Assembly (NCBI GenBank): GCA_037137575.1
Contig: JBAXKB010000004.1
Coordinates: forward strand, 268-64,267
DNA from: Actinomycetes bacterium
GTDB lineage: Bacteria; Actinomycetota; Actinomycetes; S36-B12; UBA5976
Direction of reading: 5' to 3'
DNA: 64,000 bases
A program made the position numbers and the translations under genes. This document shows, piece by piece, positions 18,100 through 27,731 of the stretch. Position 1 is the stretch's first letter, and each line of letters opens with the position of its first letter. Under the pieces are notes generated by a model. That model saw nothing but the letters and a program-made list of their open reading frames with translations, made no database searches and was not told where the DNA came from.

Positions 18100-19044
18100 A
18101 TGTCTGTTCCCTTGGCACATGTAATCCGCAGCGGCTTAATCGAAGGCGTGCATTACGGTAGCGCAGTTGTTGTTGATGTTGCCGGCGAAATCATCTGGTC
18201 TGTTGGGGATGTAAAAAAAACCATGTTCCCTCGCTCGGCAAATAAGTTCATGCAAACACTGGCTATGGTGCAGCTAGGTTTGCCTCTTCACGATGAGTTG
18301 TTAGCCGTTGCTTGCGCTTCACATAGTGGGGAAGAATTTCAGATTGCTAGCGTGCGACAAATACTTGTGCAGGCGGGGCTAACTTCACAAAGTTTAAAGT
18401 GTCCAGCAGATTTTCCATTGGATGAATCGGCCCGTAATGACCTAGTTATTCAAGGGGTGAATAAGTCACCTATTTATATGAATTGCAGTGGGAAGCATGC
18501 GGCAATGCTACTTACCTGTGTGCTGAACAAGTGGGACACCGATTCTTACTGCTCCCCAGATCATCCATTGCAGCATGCCTGTAAGCAAGCGATTGAAAAA
18601 TGCACAGGTGTACCGGTAGAAGTCGTTGGAGTAGATGGTTGTGGGGCGCCCACAATGTCAAGCACCTTACTTGGACTTGCCCGCTCGGTTGGGCAGTTCG
18701 CTGGCCCAGCTGCAACCGATGATCAGCGGATAATCGCCAACGCTGTGCGTTTGTATCCCGAGTATGTAGCTGGCACTTGGCGTGATGCAACAAAGCTTAT
18801 GCAAGGGCTACCTGGCGCAATCGCCAAAGACGGAGCCGAAGGTGTTTATGCGATCGGGCTTGGGGATGGGCGAGCATTGGCGCTCAAGATTGACGACGGT
18901 GCTGAACGGGCGCGGATCACAGTGGCAATGTCGATTTTGCGTAATGTTCTTGGTGTCGTTTCCCAAGAAGTTGATCGCACACTCGAGCGCAAAGTGGTAC
19001 TTGGTGGCGGCGTGCCAGTAGGCAAAATTGAGTCGCTTGTCTAA
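18100..19044 (+). CDS. Asparaginase II family protein
   Basis: 'CASHSGEE', 'NCSGKHAAML' and 'DGCGAP' are motifs of the PF06089-type asparaginase. Confidence 0.8.
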   Translation: MSVPLAHVIRSGLIEGVHYGSAVVVDVAGEIIWSVGDVKKTMFPRSANKFMQTLAMVQLGLPLHDELLAVACASHSGEEFQIASVRQILVQAGLTSQSLKCPADFPLDESARNDLVIQGVNKSPIYMNCSGKHAAMLLTCVLNKWDTDSYCSPDHPLQHACKQAIEKCTGVPVEVVGVDGCGAPTMSSTLLGLARSVGQFAGPAATDDQRIIANAVRLYPEYVAGTWRDATKLMQGLPGAIAKDGAEGVYAIGLGDGRALALKIDDGAERARITVAMSILRNVLGVVSQEVDRTLERKVVLGGGVPVGKIESLV

Positions 19045-19152
19045 AAAAAATTACTTAATTTTCACTCGATTCGTAATCTGATGTTCGGCGCCAAGAGGGG
19101 CTTACTGCAGAGTTTTCGACCGTAAGTTATTTAGTTTTCTGGACTTGATGCG

Positions 19153-19881
19153 GTGTGCCTGCAAAGGATTCACGGGCAAAGTCAATACCGTAAAAGGGTG
19201 TCAGGTGTTGTGCATCCAGTAGGTCCAAAGCCTCAAACGGTTTATTGGCGCCGCCGAGCAGTTTTTGCAGTAGTAGTTTTACTAACTCTCTATTTACTTG
19301 GTCGCGCAATTTTTGGCGGAAATAGTTCTACTGGCACTCCGGTGGCTGCGCCATCTAAGTCAGTAGTCCAATCCGCATCTGCTTCTAGTAAGCCGACAAC
19401 ATCGGCAACCCCTTCGGTTTCAGCCACACCAGAAGACATCGTAGATCCAATTACGCAACAGAGTGCTTCGCCAGTTTCGACCAAAGTTGCGCCACCAGGA
19501 ACCTGTGGCGATAGCGAAGTAAGCGTAAAAGTTTCGATTAAGAAAAAGGTCGTAAAAGTCGGTGCCGGCTTAGACATCAACATGTCGGTAAAAAATATTT
19601 CAAAGCATGCGTGTAAGCGCGATGTTGGTTCAGGCGCTAACGAGGTCACAATAATTTCGGGACCTGCTTTAGTTTGGTCAACCGATCATTGCGGGGCCGG
19701 TACCGAGAGCAACTATGTTGATTTAGTTCCTGGTGAAACTTGGTCTGTGCATGTGCTGTGGAATGGCAAACTCTCCGCACCTAATTGTCAGGTTCTGGCG
19801 AACGCGCAGTATGGCGCATATTGGGCACATGCCCGAAACGGCGCAGTTGTTAGCTCTGGTGCAAGATTTGTGATTCAGTAA
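19153..19881 (+). CDS. Membrane-anchored extracellular protein with a Ser/Thr/Pro linker and a 4-Cys beta-rich domain
   Basis: TM anchor 'AVFAVVVLLTLYLLG', low-complexity 'SASASSKPTTSATPSVSATP', then a Cys-containing domain (DUF4232-like, uncertain). The start is uncertain, with several in-frame GTG codons at 19153-19210. Confidence 0.6.
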   Translation: MCLQRIHGQSQYRKRVSGVVHPVGPKPQTVYWRRRAVFAVVVLLTLYLLGRAIFGGNSSTGTPVAAPSKSVVQSASASSKPTTSATPSVSATPEDIVDPITQQSASPVSTKVAPPGTCGDSEVSVKVSIKKKVVKVGAGLDINMSVKNISKHACKRDVGSGANEVTIISGPALVWSTDHCGAGTESNYVDLVPGETWSVHVLWNGKLSAPNCQVLANAQYGAYWAHARNGAVVSSGARFVIQ

Positions 19882-19886
19882 CTGCG

Positions 19887-20978
19887 TTAAACGTAGCGTT
19901 CAAGCAAACTTGATTCGGCTAAACGAGACAAGCTTTCTCGAATTTTTCGCGCTCGCGCCTCGCCAACACCTTCTACATCGCGTAAATCTTCGACAGTTGC
20001 TGCCAAGATTTTTTGCAATCCACCGAAGTGGGTAACTAGTTTGTCAATAACAATTTCTGGAAGCCTTGGTACCTTAGCCATCAGGCGATAGCCACGTGGT
20101 TGAACCGCAAGATCTTGGGAATCAATGTCGCCCGCAAGTCCAATTGCCACTGCAACCTGCCCGAGGTCGAGTAGGCCAGCTGAATCTAGCGCCGAAATCG
20201 CAAGCAATGCTTTCTCGACGGCTTTATTTCGACGAGTAAGGTTCGGGACATAGTCCTGAATAACGAGCCGCTGTTCATCTGCTGTACCTGCAATTAGCTC
20301 GTCGTGCTGCAGCGAAAGCAAACGGCCATCAGTACCAAGCTCAACAACATAACTAGCAATTTCTGCTGCAATGCGCCGCACCATTTCATGACGCTGGGCC
20401 ACAATAGCGACATCACGAATTGTCACGAGGTCTTCAATTTCTAGTGCTGAAAGCGAACCAGCTACTTCATCAAGGCGCTGTTTGTATCGTTCAAGAGTTG
20501 CTAGTGCCTGGTTTGCTCGAGACAAAATTGATGCTGAATCTTCAAGTACATAACGGCGGCCTTCGAGATACAACGCGATGATGTTCATCGACTTACTCAC
20601 GCTGACAACCGGAAGACCGGTTTGGCGGGAAACACGATCTGCCGTGCGGTGACGTGTACCTTGTTCATCGGTAGGAATAGATGGGTCGGGGAGCAATTGC
20701 ACTGCAGCGGCGATGATGCGAGTTGCTTCGCGATCACACAGGACGGCGCCGTCCATTTTTGCTAATTCGCGCAGCCGTGTTGCAGTGAATGCGATTTCAA
20801 CATTAAAGCCACCACTGCTGATTTGATTTACGGTTTTATCTTCGCCAAGCACAATCAGCGCGCCGGTGCTTCCGCGAAGGATTCGCTCTAAGCCATCACG
20901 AAGCGCAGTGCCTGGTGCGACCTGGGCTAAAACGGAACGCAAAATTGCTTCAGTATCGATGGTCTCTTTTGTCGGCAC
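19887..20978 (-). CDS. disA: DNA integrity scanning protein DisA (diadenylate cyclase)
   Basis: DAC-domain 'DGAVL' and 'GTRHRTADR', plus a C-terminal HhH 'LRDVEGVGEARARKIRE'. Immediately downstream of radA, as is usual. Confidence 0.95.
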   Translation of the reverse strand: MPTKETIDTEAILRSVLAQVAPGTALRDGLERILRGSTGALIVLGEDKTVNQISSGGFNVEIAFTATRLRELAKMDGAVLCDREATRIIAAAVQLLPDPSIPTDEQGTRHRTADRVSRQTGLPVVSVSKSMNIIALYLEGRRYVLEDSASILSRANQALATLERYKQRLDEVAGSLSALEIEDLVTIRDVAIVAQRHEMVRRIAAEIASYVVELGTDGRLLSLQHDELIAGTADEQRLVIQDYVPNLTRRNKAVEKALLAISALDSAGLLDLGQVAVAIGLAGDIDSQDLAVQPRGYRLMAKVPRLPEIVIDKLVTHFGGLQKILAATVEDLRDVEGVGEARARKIRESLSRLAESSLLERYV

Positions 20979-21081
20979 AGCAAAATCCTTCTAAAAGCGG
21001 GTGCAACAGAAGTCTAGGGCTGAATCTTAAAAATCAAAATGCCCTATTTGGAGATAATCATCGGATTTCGACACTGAGGGG

Positions 21082-22455
21082 TTAGAGATGGCTGATGGCC
21101 GCAGCTAGATTGGCGACTTCAATCAACTTAAGCCCAGGTACATTGGCGGTTTTACTGGTACCTCTTGGCACAATTGCCGTTGTGAAGCCTAAGCGAGCCG
21201 CTTCGGCAAGACGTTGCGCCAAGCCAGGAACGGGGCGAACATCGCCGCTGAGGGCCACCTCTCCGATAACAACTAGATCATCAGAAAGTGCCTGATCACG
21301 TGCTGCCGATGTCAGGGCAAGGCACATTGCCAGGTCAGCGCCCGGGTCAGAAACTTTTGCACCAGCAACCGTGGCAAGGTAGACATCCTTATCCCATAGC
21401 TTGATTCGAGCTGCCCGCTCGGTAACTGCGGTCAACATTGCTGCGCGGGTATTGTCTAAACCCGTTGTACGGCGAAGTGGATTATTGGACGAACTTGTTG
21501 TGGTTAGCGATTGCACTTCAACTAGTAAAGCCCGACGACCTTCGAGTGTGATTGTGATGCAAGTTCCAGGAATCGCTGCGTCACGATTTGAACGGAACAA
21601 ACTAGATGGGTCGCTCACTTCTTGCAGACCATCGTCTGTTTGTTCAAAACAGGCAACTTCATCCGCTGGTCCGTATCGATTTTTATTTGCTCGAAGTAAG
21701 CGAAGGGGAGTGCTACGGTCACCTTCAAAAGTGAGCACAGTGTCAACAAGATGTTCAAGCGAGCGTGGCCCAGCAACAGAGTTATCACGCGTTGATTGCC
21801 CAATTAGTAGCAGCGGCATACGGCGACCCTTTGCTGCGCGGGTGAGAACTTGAGTTACCTCATGAACTTGGGTAACACCGCCAGCTCTACCATCAAGTTC
21901 CGACGACGCGATTGTTTGAACGCTATCGACAATTAATAGATCAGGGTCAACATCTTCAATGTGGCCCAGCAGAACGGCTAAATCTGTTTCGTCAGCGATT
22001 AGTACGTTAGGTGACATCGCACCAATTCGTCGGGCCCTAATACTAATTTGCTCAGCCGATTCTTCCCCAGAGACATAAAGAACTTTTCGCGGTTTTCCAT
22101 TTCCATCAGCAAATGTATTGGCTGCAGCTAAAAGTAAAGTTGATTTACCTACGCCAGGTTCACCGGCGAGTAGTACGCACTGCCCAGCAACTAGTCCGCC
22201 ACCGAGTACCCGATCGAGTTCGTTTAGTCCAGTGTGTGTGCGCTCGACTTCACCAACTTGAATATGTGAGACCGGCCTAGCAGGTTGAATTGGTGCCACG
22301 CCTTGGGTAGTTGTTTTCAGTCCAGCGCGATTCGTTATCCCACCGGTTTCAACGACAGAACTCCAGGCCTGACATTCGGGACAACGACCAACCCATTTGG
22401 CGCCAGTCCATCCGCATTCGGTGCACTTGAAGGATGCGCGAGGTGTTTTTGCCAT
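21082..22455 (-). CDS. radA: DNA repair protein RadA/Sms
   Basis: N-terminal zinc ribbon 'FKCTECGW...CPECQAW', Walker A 'GEPGVGKST', 'KNRYG', and a Lon-like C-terminus. Confidence 0.97.
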   Translation of the reverse strand: MAKTPRASFKCTECGWTGAKWVGRCPECQAWSSVVETGGITNRAGLKTTTQGVAPIQPARPVSHIQVGEVERTHTGLNELDRVLGGGLVAGQCVLLAGEPGVGKSTLLLAAANTFADGNGKPRKVLYVSGEESAEQISIRARRIGAMSPNVLIADETDLAVLLGHIEDVDPDLLIVDSVQTIASSELDGRAGGVTQVHEVTQVLTRAAKGRRMPLLLIGQSTRDNSVAGPRSLEHLVDTVLTFEGDRSTPLRLLRANKNRYGPADEVACFEQTDDGLQEVSDPSSLFRSNRDAAIPGTCITITLEGRRALLVEVQSLTTTSSSNNPLRRTTGLDNTRAAMLTAVTERAARIKLWDKDVYLATVAGAKVSDPGADLAMCLALTSAARDQALSDDLVVIGEVALSGDVRPVPGLAQRLAEAARLGFTTAIVPRGTSKTANVPGLKLIEVANLAAAISHL

Positions 22456-22502
22456 GTGCCTAGATTACGACTTCAGTACGACAAGCGTGCGGCGACTGTT
22501 AA

Positions 22503-23297
22503 TTATGTGCGCGGTTCTGGTTTTGGATCAGCAGGATGCACAGCGAGAATCTTGAGTAACTTGCGGTCTCCGGTATTGCGAGCCGCAGCTAAGGTAACTT
22601 CGCGCGCGGCACAGTGTTGTTTCAAAATTTCGTAGGCTTTAGCGCCCATCAAGGTAATTAGTTCAAATTCGTATGATTGGTAAACCGCTTTACTGGCAAC
22701 GTGGGCTTCAGTTGCCGTGCTGCAATACCAATCCAAATCTTTGCCACCAGCGCCCCAACCACGACGGTTGTATTCACCAATTACGACTACATCAATGTTT
22801 GTGCCATCGCCACGATCTTGTTCTTCAAAAGTTCGACGAATCGGAAGTTGCCAACAAACCCAAGGCTTTGTCTCAACTGGGTTCTTGCCTTCCTTCAGGG
22901 CCAGGATGTGTAGTGCACATCCATCGCCACCTTCAAAGCCACCTCGATTATGGAAAATACAGGCACCATTGAATGCTCGGGTTTTTTTCTCGCCGTCGTC
23001 ATCGCGTTCCATGAAGCCGTTTGTCCGGCCTTCTTCGTAGTTCTGCCAAATGTCAGGAGTGAGTTGCTTGGCGAAAGTTCGGGTCTTTTTCTCATCATCT
23101 TTGTCGGCCATGTGTGCGCCATATGTACAACAGCCAACATCAGGGCTGTCCTTATCGATACCTTTGCAACCTTGGCCCCAAATGCAGGTCCAACGACTCG
23201 TCAACCAGGTGAGGTCGCATCTAAAAATATTGGTTTCATCTTCTGGGTCGGGGAACTCAACCCAATGACGTGGAAAATCAAGTTTCTTTTCTGGCAC
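22503..23297 (-). CDS. Conserved Cys-rich hypothetical protein
   Basis: 264-aa ORF 47 nt downstream of radA on the same strand. Multiple Cys clusters are present ('CIWGQGCKGI', 'VGCCTYGAH', 'GACIFHN', 'GDGCALH'). I cannot assign a family name confidently. Confidence 0.6.
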   Translation of the reverse strand: MPEKKLDFPRHWVEFPDPEDETNIFRCDLTWLTSRWTCIWGQGCKGIDKDSPDVGCCTYGAHMADKDDEKKTRTFAKQLTPDIWQNYEEGRTNGFMERDDDGEKKTRAFNGACIFHNRGGFEGGDGCALHILALKEGKNPVETKPWVCWQLPIRRTFEEQDRGDGTNIDVVVIGEYNRRGWGAGGKDLDWYCSTATEAHVASKAVYQSYEFELITLMGAKAYEILKQHCAAREVTLAAARNTGDRKLLKILAVHPADPKPEPRT

Positions 23298-23372
23298 AGG
23301 GTGAGCCTATCTGAAATTCGTTGCTGCTACACATAAAGTAAGAATAGAAAATTATTTCGGGGAGTAGCCACG

Positions 23373-24302
23373 ATGTTGCGCAAAGTTGTGCAGTCCGTAT
23401 TAACAAACGCACGAGTGCAGTCTTTGGTTGAAACATCCTCGGTCGGTGAAGCTACAGCAGCACAATTTATTGCGGGCTCTCATGTAAATGATGCAGTCGA
23501 TGCGGTGCGGGCGCTTAAAGATGCTGGACTCCTTGCTACTGTCGAACGATTATTAGAGCCTGCTGCAGATGAGACTGATGCACGGTCCAATGCCTTGAGT
23601 TACATTGACTGCATCCGATCGCTAGCCGGCGCAGGGCTAGGCCATGATTTAGATATCACAATTCAACTCAGCACAATTGGGCTGGCACTTCCTAACGGTG
23701 AAGTGATTGCAACTGAAAATTTGAGCAAGATTTGCCAGGACGCCCAAGATGCACAGATGTCTGTAACCATCGGGATGGAACAACTAAGTGATGTGCCAAC
23801 AACATTGCGTGTTGCACACACGCTGAGCGAGCGGTTCACAAACATCGGGATCACATTGCAGTCTTCTTTGCTCCGTAGTGAGCAGGATGCTGCGGTGTTT
23901 GCCGCAAGTGGCGCACGGGTTCGGCTTTGCAAGGGCGCATTCACGAAAGATCCCGATCATGCATATGTAGATCAACCTGAAATTGATAAAGCATTTGTGC
24001 GGGAAATGCGAACTTTGCTACGTTCGCCTGCTTACGTGATGATTGCGACGCATGATCCACGTTTACTGCAAATTGGCCAAGCACTTGCGCTTAGGTCAGG
24101 TCGCACTAAGGATTCGTTCGAGTTCCAAATGTATTTGGGCGTGCGCAAAGATGAGCAGCAACGATTAGTTGGATTAAACCACCGCGTACGAATCCATGTC
24201 CCGTTCGGTGAACAGTGGTATCCAGTTGTAGCCGATCGGCTTGTTCGCCAACCAAAATCAATTGGCACCGCATTTGGTTCGCTAATCCGTCGTAAGTCCT
24301 AG
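23373..24302 (+). CDS. Proline dehydrogenase (monofunctional PutA-like)
   Basis: 'VRLCKGAF', 'IATHD' and 'FEFQMYLGVR' resemble PRODH TIM-barrel motifs. Adjacent to proC. Confidence 0.8.
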   Translation: MLRKVVQSVLTNARVQSLVETSSVGEATAAQFIAGSHVNDAVDAVRALKDAGLLATVERLLEPAADETDARSNALSYIDCIRSLAGAGLGHDLDITIQLSTIGLALPNGEVIATENLSKICQDAQDAQMSVTIGMEQLSDVPTTLRVAHTLSERFTNIGITLQSSLLRSEQDAAVFAASGARVRLCKGAFTKDPDHAYVDQPEIDKAFVREMRTLLRSPAYVMIATHDPRLLQIGQALALRSGRTKDSFEFQMYLGVRKDEQQRLVGLNHRVRIHVPFGEQWYPVVADRLVRQPKSIGTAFGSLIRRKS

Positions 24303-24337
24303 GCTTACGTTAGAACTACCGCGAAAGGTTTGGCGAA

Positions 24338-25141
24338 ATGAAAATTGCACTTATTGGCGCTGGAGTAATGGGTGAGTCCTTACTCGCTGGCATTTTGCGC
24401 TCTGGAGTAATGCCAGCTGATATCAACATTGCTGAAATTCGTGAAGCGCGATCAGCAGAATTAACCGAGAGGTATGGCGTAACTTGTAGCGATTCACATT
24501 CTGCAGTTGCCGATGCAGATACCGTTTTGTTGGTCGTTAAGCCACAAGATATCGCGGGTGTCCTAGCCGACATCTCACCAGCACTGGCGCCAAATACTTT
24601 AATTATTTCGTTAGCTGCCGGCATAACGACTGCTTCGATGGAAGCTAATTTGCCTGCTGGTCAACCTGTTGCTCGAGTTATGCCAAATACTCCATCGCTA
24701 GTGGATCAAGGTATGGCTGGCATTAGTGCTGGCACAAGTTGTTCGGATGTGCACTTGGAACGTGCTGTTGCATTAATGAACAGTGTTGGACAGTCAGTAG
24801 TAATTCCAGAAGACCTGCAAGACTCATTGACTGCTGTATCAGGTTCAGGTCCGGCTTACATTTTTTATGTCATTGAATCTATGGTTGCCGCCGCAGTTGA
24901 GCTTGGCCTAACTCGCGAAATGGCAACAGAACTTGTTGTACAAACAGTGTTTGGCGCGGCAACTTTAATTAAGCACACCGGCGATGAAGCGCAAACTTTG
25001 CGCGAGCGCGTCAGTTCGCCGAATGGAGTCACCGTTGCGGCCATAAATTCATTAGATGAGCAAGGCGTGCGCGAGGCATTTAAGGTCGCTATGTTGTCTG
25101 CAAAAAAGCGTTCTAGAGAACTTGGCCAACCAACTTCTTAA
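24338..25141 (+). CDS. proC: Pyrroline-5-carboxylate reductase
   Basis: 'IALIGAGVMGESL' Rossmann motif, 'VRVMPNTP', 'GSGPAY' and 'VSSPNGVT'. Confidence 0.95.
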   Translation: MKIALIGAGVMGESLLAGILRSGVMPADINIAEIREARSAELTERYGVTCSDSHSAVADADTVLLVVKPQDIAGVLADISPALAPNTLIISLAAGITTASMEANLPAGQPVARVMPNTPSLVDQGMAGISAGTSCSDVHLERAVALMNSVGQSVVIPEDLQDSLTAVSGSGPAYIFYVIESMVAAAVELGLTREMATELVVQTVFGAATLIKHTGDEAQTLRERVSSPNGVTVAAINSLDEQGVREAFKVAMLSAKKRSRELGQPTS

Positions 25142-25279
25142 TTACATCGATGTAACTATCTAAAATCGGTTTCACGTCTATCCCGTCAGCCACTATGGTT
25201 GGGTTTTACTTGAAATAAATGTGAGTCCACCCCAGAGGGGTTGCTGGTGGTGGCTCGCACCAAGAATTAAGGAAGCAAT

Positions 25280-25486
25280 GTGAATCCAGTAAATGACCGG
25301 CCACTGTCGGAAGTTAGATTTTTAACCATTGCTGAAGTTGCAAGCGCGATGCGCGTATCAAAAATGACGGTTTATCGTTTAGTCCATAGTGGCGAACTTC
25401 CAGCTGTTCGGGTTGGTCGATCGTTTCGGGTACCTGAGCAAGCAGTTCATTCATACCTACAGGATTCATTCGTAGAAGCTGGCTAA
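25280..25486 (+). CDS. Small excisionase-family HTH DNA-binding protein (Rv0500A-like)
   Basis: 'LTIAEVASAMRVSKMTVYRLVHSGELPAVRVGRSFRV' is a MerR/Xis-type HTH. It has the conserved actinobacterial position between proC and bS22. Confidence 0.8.
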   Translation: MNPVNDRPLSEVRFLTIAEVASAMRVSKMTVYRLVHSGELPAVRVGRSFRVPEQAVHSYLQDSFVEAG

Positions 25487-25566
25487 CTGCAGGCTGATGT
25501 GCAATACCAGCAGGTAAATGCGTAGAATTCTATCCGTCAACAAAAACAACTTATGAAGGTGGTCGT

Positions 25567-25659
25567 GTGGGCTCCGTTATTAAGAAGCGCCGCAAGAGAA
25601 TGGCGAAGAAAAAGCATCGCAAGATGTTAAAGAAGACGCGTTCAAAGCGTCGTAAGTAA
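25567..25659 (+). CDS. 30S ribosomal protein bS22 (30 aa, extremely basic)
   Basis: GTG start preceded by a GAAGGTGG RBS. Translation is MGSVIKKRRKRMAKKKHRKMLKKTRSKRRK, which closely matches the mycobacterial Rv0500B/bS22 sequence as I recall it. It is too short for the ORF track. Confidence 0.85.
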   Translation: MGSVIKKRRKRMAKKKHRKMLKKTRSKRRK

Positions 25660-25661
25660 CT

Positions 25662-26549
25662 CTAAGAATCTTTTGATCGGGAGCGGCGCATGGCAGCAAC
25701 TGCCATGCCTGCTCCCGCTCCTATTAGGGCCAAAGCTGTTGTTGCGGCTGGAACGGCATAACGCTTCACTAGGTGCTCGCGTCTGAAGTCGTGGATAGGC
25801 CAAGAATGAGTTTGCGCTAACTCTCTTAATTGCGCGTCTGGGTTAACAGCAGTTGGATGACCGACACTTGTTAATAGTGGAATGTCATTGTGCGAATCTG
25901 AATAAGCGAAGCTACGCGCTAAATCTAGGTTGTGTGATTTTGCTAGGTCGATTACTGCCTGTGCTTTTTGCGGACCATGCATCGGTTCACTTTTCAAATT
26001 TCCGGTGTATTTGCCATCAATAATTTCGCTGACAGTTGCAACAGCTCCGGTTAGCCCCAACTTGGTTGCGATAACTTGTGCTAGTTCAATTGGCGCTGCC
26101 GATACTAGCCAGACTTGATGTCCAGCCGCTCGATGCGCATGTGCCAATTGCACTGTGCCTGGCCAAACTTTGTCTTCCATGATGTCGTCGTAGATTTCTT
26201 CAGCTAAAGTTGCAAGTTCTTCTACGCTGCGATCGCGGACAAATGACAAGGCATTTTCGGTGACTTTGGCCATGTCAGTGAGATTTTCTTTGCCAGAAAT
26301 TAGGAATTTGCCTTGCGTGATTGCGTAGTCTGCAAGGTCTCTTGGGGTGAGGATTCCGCGAGCAAATAAACCGCGAGCCAAATGGTAGATGCTAGCGCCG
26401 CGCATGATGGTGTTATCGACATCAAAGAAGGCCGCAATTTGGGCGCCAGAGAGATTCTGAGCAGGCAACTCACTATCGGGCTCTTGGGCTATCTGATTCA
26501 CGTCTCTCAGCGTACTCTTGCCTTGTAGGCAACTATGCGGCCAGAGCAA
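25662..26549 (-). CDS. HAD-IB family hydrolase (SerB-like phosphatase)
   Basis: 'FFDVDNTIMRG' (DxD motif I), 'LVSAAP' and 'YSDSHNDIPLL'. There is a C-terminal TM tail. An alternative GTG start lies at 26501. Confidence 0.8.
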   Translation of the reverse strand: MLWPHSCLQGKSTLRDVNQIAQEPDSELPAQNLSGAQIAAFFDVDNTIMRGASIYHLARGLFARGILTPRDLADYAITQGKFLISGKENLTDMAKVTENALSFVRDRSVEELATLAEEIYDDIMEDKVWPGTVQLAHAHRAAGHQVWLVSAAPIELAQVIATKLGLTGAVATVSEIIDGKYTGNLKSEPMHGPQKAQAVIDLAKSHNLDLARSFAYSDSHNDIPLLTSVGHPTAVNPDAQLRELAQTHSWPIHDFRREHLVKRYAVPAATTALALIGAGAGMAVAAMRRSRSKDS

Positions 26550-26566
26550 GTGCCGCCAGGAGATGT

Positions 26567-26803
26567 ATGGCGAATTTGGTGCAGATCATTGGCAAACCTG
26601 ACTGCCACTTATGTGAGCAGGCACAAGTTGTCGTGACTCGCGTTTGTTCGGATTTAGGTGTGCTTTGGGAGTTTGTCTCGATTTTTGACCAGCCAAATCT
26701 GGCTGATCAGTACGCCGAATTTATCCCGGTGATAATGATTGATGGAAAAGTTCACGATCAATTTGGGGTCAATGAAACCCGACTTCGCACTGCACTATCT
26801 TGA
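26567..26803 (+). CDS. Glutaredoxin-like small thiol-disulfide protein (DUF836 type)
   Basis: 78 aa with a 'KPDCHLCEQA' CxxC and 'IPVIMIDGK'. Confidence 0.75.
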   Translation: MANLVQIIGKPDCHLCEQAQVVVTRVCSDLGVLWEFVSIFDQPNLADQYAEFIPVIMIDGKVHDQFGVNETRLRTALS

Positions 26804-26978
26804 CTGGGCCGAAAACCGCGAATTAGTGGGCTTTTTGGCATAGCCAAGTTTTTAACACTTTTTAGACCTTAATTTTGCCAAATCGCATACCACGAATATG
26901 CCCTCAAGCGCCAATTTTGCCCCTAGGGAAAATGTGCCTAATGTGAGTGCCATAACCTACGCGCGGAAGTTGGTTTCT

Positions 26979-27683
26979 ATGCCAGTGTCAGAGTCGCCTC
27001 GAGCGTCGACGCATTTGCGTTCAGGTATTCCTGAAGCCACTGTGACTCGACTCCCGATGTACCATCGCGCACTTGTTGCGATGGCAGCGCGCGGCACTGA
27101 ATTAGTTTCATCCGAAGAACTTGCAACAGCCAGTGGCGTATCTAGTGCAAAACTTCGCAAAGATTTATCTTTCTTAGGTTCCTATGGAACTCGCGGCGTT
27201 GGCTATGACGCAAACTTTCTGCTGTATCAAATTGCGCGTGCACTTGGTTTAACTCAAGAGTGGGCAGTTGTAATCGTTGGTGTTGGAAATCTGGGGCACG
27301 CACTTGCGGGCTACCCAGGTTTCGCATCACGCGGGTTCCACGTAGTTGGATTATTTGATACCGATCCGAACCGAATTGGTGAAACAGTTGTTGTCGGTGG
27401 CGTAGATGTGACAGTTGCAGACATCAAGACTCTGCCTTCAGTCATGCAAAAGACTGGCGCATCGATTGGCGTGATTGCAACGCCTGAGAGCGCAGCCCAA
27501 AGTGTTAGCGATCTACTTGTCCGCCATGGCGTGACAAGTATTTTAAATTTCGCACCTGTCCTGCTGGACGTTCCCCAAGGTGTAGACGTGCGACGAGTGG
27601 ATTTAGCAACTGAGTTGCAAATTCTCGCGTTTCACGAACAACGCAAGGCTGAAGTGGCCTTGGGAAGCAGCAATGCTGGCTAG
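26979..27683 (+). CDS. rex: Redox-sensing transcriptional repressor Rex
   Basis: 'IPEATVTRLPMYHRAL' winged helix and 'VVIVGVGNLGHALAGY' NADH-binding Rossmann motif. I chose the ATG at 26979, with GGAAG 10 nt upstream. The track start at 26898 is also possible. Confidence 0.9.
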   Translation: MPVSESPRASTHLRSGIPEATVTRLPMYHRALVAMAARGTELVSSEELATASGVSSAKLRKDLSFLGSYGTRGVGYDANFLLYQIARALGLTQEWAVVIVGVGNLGHALAGYPGFASRGFHVVGLFDTDPNRIGETVVVGGVDVTVADIKTLPSVMQKTGASIGVIATPESAAQSVSDLLVRHGVTSILNFAPVLLDVPQGVDVRRVDLATELQILAFHEQRKAEVALGSSNAG

Positions 27684-27731
27684 TCCAATGATGAATGAGG
27701 CAGGTACAACAATGAGTCAGGTAGGTGCGTA

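Noticed and set aside
21401-21853. A 150-aa plus-strand ORF antisense to radA, and a 116-aa ORF at 22285..22635.
   Set aside because: Both lie within or across well-supported radA coding sequence and have an Arg/Ser-rich shadow composition.
25200-25279. A possible structured RNA or riboswitch upstream of the HTH gene (GAGTCCACC ... GGTGGCTC with an inner CCCAGAGGG hairpin).
   Set aside because: The pairing is imperfect and short, and I recognise no known riboswitch or 6C-type motif. Calling it an RNA element is not supported.
25280-25486. The excisionase-family HTH protein as a possible marker of a prophage or integrative element.
   Set aside because: No integrase, att-like repeat or phage gene is nearby. 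The proC, HTH, bS22 order is a conserved chromosomal arrangement in Actinobacteria (Rv0500, Rv0500A, Rv0500B).
26804-26978. A Rex auto-operator upstream of rex. Candidate sequences were TTGGC-ATA-GCCAA and ATGTGCCTAATGTGAGTGCC.
   Set aside because: Neither resembles TTGTGAA-N4-TTCACAA. The first is only a 5-bp stem, probably a weak structure after the glutaredoxin-like gene.
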